From NCBI RefSeq assembly GCF_036365525.1, contig NC_090387.1, positions 76,197,300 through 76,261,299 of the forward strand: 64,000 nucleotides of DNA, written 5' to 3'. This DNA comes from Heterodontus francisci (Eukaryota). Every line of letters begins with the position of its first letter. Position 1 is the first letter of the stretch. Shown here in pieces: positions 24,145 to 34,624 of the stretch. The translations under genes were made by a program, and so were the position numbers. The notes beneath the pieces were generated by a model that worked only from the letters and a program-made list of their open reading frames with translations, was not told where the DNA came from and did not search any database.

Positions 24145-27100
24145 TTGGCAGTGGGATGGGATACGAGTGGAGGTAAAGTACGGGGTGATGCACAGCCAAA
24201 TATAGAAGAGAAACAGAGTCTCTCTAGAAGGCAGAGCAAACATAGACCTGTTAACGCACAAACGAATAATGCAAGGCTTGATTGCATCTATTATAGTCTT
24301 ACAAGTAAGGCAGATGAATTGAGGGCATTGATTAACTTGATTAACACATGGGAAAATGATATTGCTATCACAGGGATATGGTTGAGGGAAGGGCAGGACT
24401 GGCAGCTTAATATTTCAGGGTATAGAATCTTCAGGCATGATGCTGGGGGTTGGTGGGGGGGGGGGGGGGCGGGGGGGTGGTGGGGGGCGGGTGCGGGAAT
24501 AGGTGGGTGTGGGGGAGTACAATAGAGGAACTGGCATTGCACTATTGATCAAGGAGTCAATTACTGCAGTAAGGAGGGATGATATCTTAGAGGGTTCCTC
24601 AAATTAGGCGATATGGGTAGAACTTAAAAAGAAAAAGTGGGCAATCACTGTGCTGGGAGTGTACTACAAGCCTCCAAACAGTCAGGGAGAGATAGAGGAG
24701 CAGATAAGTAGGCAAATCTCAGAGAAGTGTAAAAATAAAAGTGTAATAATAGTAGGGAATTTCAACTTCCCCAATATTAACTGGGATAGTCTTAGTGCAA
24801 AAGTCTTAAAGAGGGCGGAATTTTTAAAGTGCATAGAGGACAGCTTTTTGAGCCTGCACGTAGAAAGTCCTACAAGAGATGGGGCAGTACTGGATCTAAT
24901 CCTAACGAATGAAGCCGAACACGTGGTAGAAGTATCAATGGGGGAGCATTTCGGGGATAGTGACCACAACTCTGTAAGATTTAAGGTAGTAATGGAAAAG
25001 GACAATGATGGACTGGAAATAAAGGTAATGAATTGGGGGATGGCCGATTTCAATATGATAAAACGGGATCTGGCCAGAATGGACTGGGAGCAGCTACTTG
25101 TAGGAAAGTCTACATCAGACCAGTGGGAGTCATTCAGAAAGGAAATAGTGAGAGTTCGGGGCCAACATGATCCCGTAAAGGTGAAGGGCAGGCCCAATAA
25201 GTCCAGGGAACCTTGGATGTGAAGGAATATAGAGGATTGGTTAAGGAAACAAAAGGAGGTTTAAGGCAGATTCAGAGGGCTGAACACAGTGGAGGTCTGA
25301 GAGGAATATAGAAAGTATGCGGGGGGTGGAGGGAGGGGGGGTGTACTTAAAAAAGAAATTAGGAGAGCGAAGGTGGCGGAGGTGGGGGGGGGGGGGGGCG
25401 GGGATGAAAAAACACTGGAGGGCGTGATAAAGGTAAATCCCAAGGCGTTTTCTAAATATATTAAGGGTAAGAGGATAACCAAGGAAAGAGTAGGGCTATT
25501 AAGGACCAAAGTGGCAATCTGTGTGTGGAGTTGGAGGATGTAGGTGAGGTTTTAAATGATTAATTTTCACCTGTGTTCACTATGGTAAAGGACGATTTAG
25601 GTGTAGAGATCACGGAGGGGGATTGTGGTATACTTGAACAAATTAGCATTGAAAGGGAGGAAGTATTAGTGGTTTTAGTGCGCTCAAAAGTGATAAATCC
25701 CCAGGCCCAGATCAAATATATACCAGACTGCTATGTGAGGCAAGGGGGGAAATTGGAGGGGCTCTGACACAAATTTTCAAATCCTCTCTGGCCACAGGAG
25801 ACAGAGGACTGGAGGGCAACGAATATGGAATACCATTATTGAAGACGGGTAGTGGGGATAAGCCAGGTAATTACAGGCCGGTGAGTCTAACACCATTGGT
25901 TGGGAAACCTTTGGAAAACAATTCTGAGGGACAGGATAAATCTCCACTTGGAGAGGCAGGGATTAATCAAGGATAGTCAGCAAGGCTTTGTCGGGGGGAC
26001 ATTGTGTCTAACAAATTTGTTTAATTTTTCGAGGAGGTGACTAGGTGTGTAGATTAGGGTAAGGGAGTTGATGTAGTCTACATGGACTTCAGTAAGGCTT
26101 TTGATAAGATCCCGCATGGGAGATTGGTTAAGAAAGTAAGAGCCCATGGGATCCAGGGCAATTTGCCAATTGGATCCAAAATTGCCTTAGTGGCATGAGG
26201 CAGAGGGTGATGGTCAAGGGTTGTTTTTGCAATTGGAAGCCTGTGACCAGTGGTGTACCTGCTGGTGCTGGGAGCCTTGCTTTTTGTAGTGTACATTAAT
26301 GATTTAGACATTAATGTATAGGAGGTATGATCAGCAAGTTCGTGGATGACAGGAAATTTGGTGGTGTCATAAGTTGTGAGGAGGAAAGCCTTAGATAACA
26401 GGACGATAAAGATGGGCTGGAAAGATGTGCAGAGCAGAGGCAAGTAGAATTTAATCCTGAGAAGTGTGAGGTGATGCATTTTGGGAGGACTAACAAGGCA
26501 AGGGAATATACAATGGATAGTAGGGCCCTTGGAAGTACAGAGGGTCAGAGGGAACTTGGTGTCATTGTCCATATATCACTGAAGGCAGCAGCACAGATAG
26601 ATAAGGTGGTTAGGAAGGCATATGGGATCCTTGCCTTTATTAGCCGAGGCATTGAATGTAAGAGCAAGGAGGTCATGATGGAGCTGTATAAAACGCTAGT
26701 TAGGCCACAGCTGGAGTACTGTGTACAGTTCTGGTCACTGCACTCTCGGAAGGATGTGATTGCACTGGAGAGGGTGCAGAGGAGATTCACCAGGTCGTGG
26801 CATGGGCTTGAGCATTTCAGCTATGAAGAGAGACTGGATAGGCTCGGATTGTTTTCCTTAGAGCAGAGAAGGCTGAGGGGGACCTGATTCAGGTATACAA
26901 AATTATGAGGGGTATTGATAGGATAGATAGGAAGAAACTTTTTCCTTAGTGGAGGGATCAATAACCAGGGGGCATAGATTTAAGGTGAAGGGCAGCAGGT
27001 TTAGAGGGGATTTGAGGAACACATTTTTCACCCAGAGGGTTGTTGGAATCTAGAACACTCTGCCTGAAGGGGTGGCAGAGGCAGGAACACTCACATCATT

Positions 27101-27263
27101 TAACACGTATTTAGATGAGCACTTGAAACGTCATAGCATACAAGGCTATGGGCCAAGTGCTATAAAATGGGATTAGAATAGATAGGCTTGATGGCCGGAG
27201 TGGACATGGTTGGCCAAAGGGCCTCTTCCTGTGCTGGATAACTCGATGACTCTATGACTCTAT
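24145..27263 (+). mobile_element. Degenerate CR1 with endonuclease and RT remnants
   Basis: GVYYKPPN, GNFNFPNINW, SDHNSV and PQLEYCVQFW fragments in broken frames; (ACTCTATG)n tail; adjoins an older minus-strand CR1 fragment at ~23490-24140. Confidence 0.9.
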
Positions 27264-28327
27264 CTCAATGCCTTGAAAATGACTTGAGTTCTTAGCAAGA
27301 TCCACGTGATGAGTTAGAATATGGGAATGTTAAGATCATTGTAGTGCTGCACTTTATTGTACAGTAACATGTGCTAGAACGTTACCTGTGGCAGATGCTG
27401 GGTTTAGACGGGCTTTCACTTGGATTGCTGTGGGCATGTATAATTCATACTGTGTCTGTGTTGCATGCAACTATACAGTAATGTATTTGCCTTCCAAAGC
27501 TCGTCGGTGCTTGGAGAGAGCTGTATGAACAATCAAGTGGCAACGTGTGAATGAGTCTGTCACTGCTGAGTGATGAGAAAATGAGCTTGTATTGCCTAAG
27601 TAGTGCAAAGCACTTGGCTTAAATAGGGTGCCTTTGGCATTCCATGATGCGATCACTAGTCTCTCGCTGTAACTTTGGCAACCCATGAGATATGATAAAT
27701 GGTTCCTTATACTCTGTGGTTCCAAAATTCTTGATAGCCTTGTGCTTGCACTACATTGCACCAAACTGTAGACCGTTGGTATGGATACTATACCAGCTGA
27801 CAAGTTTATATAAATGTTGGTCAGACTTTATATCCTATTCATATAGTAAAGCTTACCATTTTCTTCCAAATGTGTTCCTGACCAGAAGTACAAATATTTG
27901 TTGAAAAACCTCTGATTAAACCCCTCTACTCTTCATGGGGCCATTAAAACCTGGGTATAGATCTTGCGACTTTTCTCCTTCTGAGCATTTGTGTTCCTGA
28001 AACTCCCTTTTTAGACACAGTCGTGCTAACCTGTAAATAAATTGATTTACAATGGTGAAACCATGGGTCTTCCTTCGAATTGTGTCTTGTTCTGCTAGTG
28101 TCCTTTATCTATCTTCAGCTTATGCTTAAACCTTACTGGGTTCAGCCAGCAGGCACATTTTGCAACACCACAATGAAAACTGCACAATATGGGAATGAGG
28201 GCTTCTGTCTTTCAATAGTTGCTGTCTTTACTGTACTCAACTCAAGGTTCGAAGAAATGAGTCTCTATTCATTTTTGATACTATATTGCTTTTAATTTTA
28301 TTTAAAATGGTATATTTTAGTCATATT

Positions 28328-28605
28328 TTTAGTTTAGAGATACAGCACTGAAACAGGCCCTTCGGCCCACCGAGTCTGTGCCGACCATCAACCACCCATT
28401 TATACTAATCCTACACTAATCCCATATTCTTACCACATCCCCACCTGTCCCTATATATTTCCCTACCACCTACCTATACTAGGGGCAATTTATAATGGCC
28501 AATTAACCTATCAACCTGCAAGTCTTTGGCATGTGGGAAGAAACCGGAGCACCCGGAGGAAACCCACGCAGACACAGGGAGAACACAGGCGCCACTGTGC
28601 CGCCC
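28328..28605 (-). mobile_element. HE1-type V-SINE (tRNA head, V-core, CR1-like tail), internally deleted
   Basis: Reverse complement of GGGTTTCCTCCGGGTGCTCCGGTTT V-core and GGGCCGAAGGGCCTGTTTCAGTGCTGTATCTCTAA tail; close relative at 33333-33583 and tail-only copy at ~9008-9066. Confidence 0.85.
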
Positions 28606-28736
28606 TATCTTCAGGATATAACTTATTATTGTCCTGTGCGTGTTAAGCTAGTCTGACCCTCATTTGAAACTGGGCTACTTTAAAATAGGATTCTAGAATA
28701 GTTTACAGAGTTCGGTGCATTGCGTGGGGTTATGGG

Positions 28737-28742
28737 TTTATT
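28737..28742 (-). terminator. Candidate polyadenylation signal for gene A
   Basis: AATAAA on the minus strand about 600 nt downstream of the stop codon; no transcript support. Confidence 0.35.
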
Positions 28743-29335
28743 GTCTTTCCCCTCCTTCTCTCTCTTGTAACCGAAAAGACCGCAATTCAGCTAGTATTTA
28801 CAGCGAATAATGTTAGAATTTGTTGAACCAAAATAAATATTCATTTTTTAAAGTTGGATAATTGGCACTTTTTTTTACTTCAAGGGACTCCTTTTGATTT
28901 GACCATTCAGGCTTAATTTTAAGAACCATCACAATCTGCCAGGGCAATTTTTTGATGACATTTGGTTGATGTCGCGGCAAAAATCACCGCATATGTTTGA
29001 AATCCAGAACATACTGACCGGAAGAGATTTTCAACATGCCGCCCGCGTAAATCTGGCTTTGCAAACCCTGCTCTCGGCTGTTTCTATAATGGGCGGACGA
29101 CCAATTTCACCAGCTTACCGCCTCATAATTGAAGGTGAAAATTAACATTTCACCCACCTCATCCAACACACACACACACACACACACACGAGATGCGTGT
29201 GGTGTTCCAGAATGTTACTCCTTATTCCAGCTGCAATAAATGAAAACAATGACAGAGCACGTTTAATGGCGTATAATCAAATACCCTAGAGTTACACACA
29301 TAAATAGCCCAGTTCTTCGGACTGTGTTTAGATTC

Positions 29336-29470
29336 TCAGCTTCTCTCTTTCTTTATCACGGTTACTTCAGCATAGACTGCGCTCTTGTCTTTAGATTTTG
29401 ATCTTTTCTTGGAACCAGCAAGCTGCAGAGCTGCGTAAGTCAACTTGTTATCACCGCCTCTTTGTTTAGT
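29336..29470 (-). CDS. Gene A exon 7: terminal coding exon with ITIM (LTYAAL) and ITIM/ITSM-like (AVYAEV) motifs
   Basis: Acceptor TTACTTTTGCAG, phase 0; TKQRGGDNKLTYAALQLAGSKKRSKSKDKSAVYAEVTVIKKERS then TGA; the seven exons sum to 1056 nt (351 aa plus stop) with no internal stop. Confidence 0.88.
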   Translation of the reverse strand, partial: TKQRGGDNKLTYAALQLAGSKKRSKSKDKSAVYAEVTVIKKERS

Positions 29471-29723
29471 CTGCAAAAGTAATATTTCGTATCACCCGTT
29501 AGTCTGTTGCCCACTCATTGCTTGATGCAAACGAGGTTTGAAAAAGGCTGCAGTGAAATTTCTTCTCATCAATTACCAACTTCAGATTGTAACCGGATTT
29601 TGTTTTGGTTTACTTCTCTCCGGTTTCTCCCCTCTCTGAAAACTGTTCAGGTTGCGTTTCAATTCTAGGCCCTCCCCAAAATTTTATTGGTATTCCGCTT
29701 TATCCTTCATATAAAATTAGTTC

Positions 29724-29852
29724 TGATGAAAGGTCACAGACCTGAACGTTAACTCTGTTTCTCTCTCCATAGATGCTGGCAGACCTGCTGAGTATTTCCA
29801 GCACTTTCTGTTTTTGTTTTCCAGATTTCCAGCATCCGCAGTATTATGCTTT
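29724..29852 (+). repeat. Short interspersed shark repeat (Penelope-like terminus)
   Basis: TGATGAAAGGTCACAGACCTGAACGTTAACTCTGTTTCTCTCTCC...TTTCCAGCATCCGCAGT; other copies at ~18515, 31245 (-), 41085 and 49370. Confidence 0.65.
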
Positions 29853-30683
29853 TATAAAATTAGTTCTCCTGCTGATGTAGCCCATTTAAAGGAGCAGATT
29901 GATACTTCAATTAAAATAGACAAATGAATTTCATACAGCCTGTTAAGGGTATTTGGAATGCTGATACTGTAAAGCACCGTTTTTAAGGCTCTGTTGCTTG
30001 AGCCTCGACAGCCAATGTGACCCTTACCCCAAGAATGAGGTTTCAAGAACACATTTTCAGCCGCCTTTCCCCTAGCCCCCGCCGATCTCTGAGACACGAA
30101 GGTCAAATATGATGAACCTTGGCTGAGATCAGCTGACATAGCACAGTGGTAGATGCAACCTGGGATCTTTGCATTTCCTGCGGTCCAGTGTCGCACCAAT
30201 TAACATTGCTTATGTATCAATGAATGATTTGAGCTGTACCTGGGCATACACCGTACTCTGCTCCTTCTGTTGGTGTTTCGGATTGCTCTTGGTCCTGGCT
30301 TCGACAGTGGCGTCAGGCAATTCTTGCTTCGTCTGTAAAATAGATATTTACCAGTCTTATCAGGTGAGTTTGTTATTTTTTAATTTGTAATCGTTGTTAC
30401 AGCCAGATCCGAAAATGAAAGGGGCTAATTTTGATTGACTGCTGCCGTGTAAAACGGATGGATAGACTCCGCAACCCGTTTTACATCTCTCATGATTTCT
30501 ATTTCCAACCAAGTCAGCGGGAGAGATGCGGAATCGCCTGCACTCGTTTTATACTGTCCCATAAAGTCAACACTACCTCGGTAAAATCTGTATAACTTGT
30601 TAGAGTTGACTCTGTTATCACAGAGTGTTGATTTTGTGTAGAAATGGTTTGGATATCATTCGCGCACCAATCGCTCGCCCTAC

Positions 30684-30794
30684 CTGGGAGTAGACGGTGT
30701 GCTCTATCTCTTGTCCAGTTTTGGGGGGTCCTTTGCCGTCTCTCAAGTTTCGGGTAGCGTCGGCGGCAAGTTGTTCACTTGGTCCTTGTGTAAC
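30684..30794 (-). CDS. Gene A exon 6: cytoplasmic exon ending in HTVYSQ
   Basis: Acceptor TCTTATTTTTACAG, donor GTAGGG, 111 nt, phase 0-0; VTQGPSEQLAADATRNLRDGKGPPKTGQEIEHTVYSQ. Confidence 0.8.
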
Positions 30795-31549
30795 CTGTAA
30801 AAATAAGATATGAAATACTGATAGCTGAGAGCCTAATACAGAAGCCAGCTATCATCAATTGGAACGGAGTCTTAAAGTGTAAATATGGAGACAGTAACCA
30901 ATAAAATTAGGGCTTAATTGCATTGTGTCCACTCACAATTATTTTATTCAATATCTCAATCATAGGGTGAGGAATAATGTTCCAAATATGAAATCCAGAG
31001 CGTTCAAATGTTCTTAATCCCCAGTCATCCCAGCCTATTGGAAGACCTTGCAGGCGGAGCCTGAAATTGTCCTCGTTCCACTTCCAGCCATTTCCATCCC
31101 CGGCTGGAAATCAGCCCTGAGACCCTGGCCATTCACCCCCTCCCCCGCAACTGCCTAACCCAGGGTTTCAGGGTGCAGGCCAATTAGGTACCGGTAGCAC
31201 TGTCCAGAGGTGGGGACGGCACCGGGACCTTCCGAAACTAAACGCAAAATACTGCGGTTGCTGGAAATCTGAAATAAAAACTGAACATGCTGGAAGTACT
31301 TAGCAGGTCTGGTAATCACTGTGGAGAGAGAAGCAGAGTTCACTTTTCAGGTCTTTGACCTCTCATGAAGGTCACAGGTCTGAAACGTTGCCTCCGTTTC
31401 TCTCACCTTCCTAATCTGTCTGGTTGTGCTGCACAACGTCTCAATTAAGCAACTGGGCATGTCCGATTTTTAAAATAATTTGAATTATGAAAGAGGACGT
31501 TGTCAGACCTATATGTTACAGAAAATACAAATATTTATCTACGCCTTAA

Positions 31550-32170
31550 AATCAAGACATAGAGTACGGAAACAGGGAATTTATAAAGAAAGAAGGAATT
31601 TATGCAAAACCTTTATAAATCACTGGCGATGTCACAGCCAGAGCATTGTATTGAATTCTGGACACCACACTTTAGGTAAAATGTCAAGGCCTTCGAGAGG
31701 GTGCAAAGGAGATTTACTGAAATGGTATCAGGAATGAGCGACTTCAGTTATGTTGGGCAGACTAGAGAATCTACGATTGTCCTCCTTATAACAGAGAACG
31801 TTAAGGAGAGATTTAATAGAGGTGTTCAAAATTATGAGAGGTTTTGATAGAGTAAATAAGGCGAAACTGATTTCACTGGTGGTTGGGTCAGTATCCAGGG
31901 GACAGAGATTTAAAATAATTGTCAAAATAATCAGGGAAGATGAGGATATTTTTAATGCAGCCCGCTGTTGTGATCTGAAATGCACTGCGTGAAAGGGTGG
32001 TGTAAGCAGATTCAGTAGAAACTTTCAAAAAGGATATATACTTGAAATTAAACAAAAATGTAGGGCTATTGGTAAAGAGTCAGTGAGTGGGCCTAATTGG
32101 ATAGTTATTTCAAAGAGCCGGCACAGGCACCATGCCCTCTTTCCTTGCTCTAGGAGTCCATGATTCTATG
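31550..32170 (+). mobile_element. Old CR1 3' fragment in gene A intron 5
   Basis: Degenerate ORF2 C-terminus (GGAGATTTAATAGAGGTGTTCAAAATTATG) and CATGATTCTATG tail. Confidence 0.75.
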
Positions 32171-32255
32171 AAATTTAATATCTTCTGGACTGAATGTAAA
32201 ATTTCTTGCTGTTCTCCCGCCTGTTTTTGGAACATGAAGAACATTGTCATCGTAC

Positions 32256-32299
32256 CGGCTTTTCAGCATGACCCACTTCCTCAGAATTTTTCTTGCTGC
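32256..32299 (-). CDS. Gene A exon 5: short cytoplasmic exon
   Basis: Acceptor CTTCTCTTTCCCTCAG, donor GTACGA, 44 nt converting phase 1 to phase 0 exactly as the flanking exons require; GSKKNSEEVGHAEKP. Confidence 0.75.
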
Positions 32300-32539
32300 C
32301 TGAGGGAAAGAGAAGTCCACATTGAACAGCTTAATCGGTATATAAGCAAAACAACTTCATGCTTTCGATGCTAAACACAGGTACTGTGTAAAGTAAGGAG
32401 ACTTGAAGGTACATATCTCTCTGAAGATGTTAAGCAGTACCAGCCATTACAGTGCAGCATGCTGTGCATTACTTTCTCATACCCTGCAGTGTCGCTGCAT
32501 CCAATGGAGTAGACCTTGCATTTGTGCGATAGTGTACAA

Positions 32540-33907
32540 CAGGGTTGTCAAATCTTTTCGCGTAGGTGCGGGGGGTGGGGGGTGGAGGGGGGGGGGGGGG
32601 GTGGGTGGTGGTTGGTGGGGGTGGCACGATACAATTTTTGTCTTACATAGAGGGCCAGTGAGACAATTTCGGAAAGATAAAGGCATTAAAAAATTATCTC
32701 ACTATTCATCAAAACAACAACAAATGTGCATTTTTGTGAGGAAGCTTTAAATAAGATGATTAATTTATTGACTTACTTTGTCATCACTATGTTGGACACT
32801 GATTTAGTGAGATACCTGACATTTTCTGCTTGCACAAGTAGTCAATATTTGCCCACTCACTAGTTGTAGTGATGTGGAATATTCTGGATAGATCTCCATC
32901 TGCCAGGAGTGATCTTGATCACTGTTTCTCCCTCTCTCTCCCTGTGTCCCTCTCCCTGTCTTACCCTGCTCTGTGTTGCCCCCCTCCTCTGTGTTGTTCT
33001 TGCTGTCTGTGTCCCCCGCTTCTCTCTCATCTCTCTCTCTCTGCCACCTTCTCAGTCACCCCGCCACCCCCCCGCCCCCCTCCCGCCCTTCTCTCTCTGA
33101 CAGGCAGCAGGAATGCTCAGCAGAGCAACTTTGTGGTTAGTCAGTTTTTAACCAAATCACAAGTTAGAGATACGAAATTTTTCATTGGCTTCTACTTCCA
33201 GACCGGCTTTTTAAAAAAATCGCGTCAGCTTCACGGCTGACAGGTGTTGGGCGCAGGCATAATCTAATTTGCATCTGTAATAGTCAAGAAATTCGAATTA
33301 TTAGAATCACTTTAAAAAAAAAGAAAAAAAAGTGGGTTTTCTCCGGGTGCTCCGGTTTCCTCCCACAAGCCAAAAGACTTGCAGGTTGATAGGTAAATTG
33401 GCCATTATAAATTGTCACTAGTATAGGTAGGTGGTAGGGAAATATAGGGACAGGGGGGGGATGTTTGGTAGGAATATGGGATTAGTGTAGGATTAGTATA
33501 AATGGGTGGTTGATGTTCGGCACAGACTCGGTGGGCCGAAGGGCCTGTTTCAGTGCTGTATCTCTAATCTAATCTAATCTAATAGCAGTTTCCTAGCTTC
33601 GGACTAATTCAGAGTTTTCCGGTGGGATCCGATTATTTTTATAAAGCTGCCGGAAAACCCTAAATCTGTCCTCATTCGGAAACTGCTATTCCGCCAGGCA
33701 GCACCTGTCAGCTGTGAAACTGATGCGATTAAAAAAAAAGCCAGTCTGGAAGAAGAATCCAATGAGAAGTTTCTTATCTCCGAAATTACCAATCATAGAC
33801 CCCTGGCGAGGATGAGGAACGGTCCGGTACAGTTTACATCCGTGGGCCGGATGGAAACCTTTGGCGGGCCGGATACTCGCCAGCCGGCTGTCCGTTGGAT
33901 AACCCCG
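32540..33907. mobile_element. Non-autonomous hAT-type DNA transposon containing a V-SINE
   Basis: Imperfect TIRs CAGGGTTGTCAAA / TTGGATAACCCCG; 8-bp flanks GTGTACAA / GTGTGAAA; the left ~600 bp is homologous to 62994 onward. Confidence 0.7.
33333..33583 (+). mobile_element. 5'-truncated HE1-type V-SINE
   Basis: V-core plus CR1-like tail ending in (CTAAT)n. Confidence 0.85.
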
Positions 33908-34392
33908 GTGTGAAACATGTAATAGAGAGTCAGCAGGCCATTTTACATCTCAAAATTACAATGGAAATAAAATCCAGACGAGATGTAAAATAGGTTGCCC
34001 CTACCAATTCGATATCACCCGTTTTATGTTATGGCAGAAAGTCAAATTTTACTTCAAAGTGCTTGCACTTCAGGATCTGGACTCGCACGGATAGCAAAAA
34101 AAAGTGTAAAACATTAAGGATTCCGGGTGTTGCAAAATAGAAGTGAAAAAGTCGAATGAATAGTTGGAATAGGAAGGTGAAATGTTTGCCTTTCAAAATC
34201 AGGTATATATGGTCATATTCAACCACCAATCATATAAAGAACTTGTGCTATCAGCTTCTTTCTTTAAAGATGCAGTAAGGTGCTCTTTATTCTTCTACAA
34301 TGAATGACGATTTACCTGACCTTTCTGTATTGTAAAAATACAACTGGGTCTTAGAAAATAAAAGTATTCGGTGGAATAAGAAATATTCTTAC

Positions 34393-34497
34393 CATTTGAT
34401 ACCTTTAATTTGAGTCTGGTCAAAATTATTATTAATAGTAAAATTGCCAGTATGCCTCCGGCACATCCAAAACTCAGCTGAAATTTATTATCAGTAC
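34393..34497 (-). CDS. Gene A exon 4: transmembrane exon (uncharged)
   Basis: Acceptor GATCCTGCAG, donor GTAAGA, 105 nt, phase 1-1; TDNKFQLSFGCAGGILAILLLIIILTRLKLKVSN, a hydrophobic stretch followed by basic stop-transfer residues. Confidence 0.88.
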
Positions 34498-34624
34498 CTG
34501 CAGGATCAACAGATAATTGAAATCAGAAACTGTAGAGCACAGCGAGATATACACACAGAGAATCGTGGGTCAGGCAAGGGAGAATGAGTTGCAAAGGTGT
34601 CTCTCGGGATAACGGCGTCTACTG

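Noticed and set aside
31155-31238. Alternative candidate for gene A exon 5 (VSEGPGAVPTSGQC)
   Set aside because: The acceptor comes from a repeat tail and there is no phase-0 donor; 32256-32299 fits the required phases
34316-34349. Small AG/GT-bounded segment after the TM exon
   Set aside because: The implied intron would be only ~43 nt and the phase is incompatible
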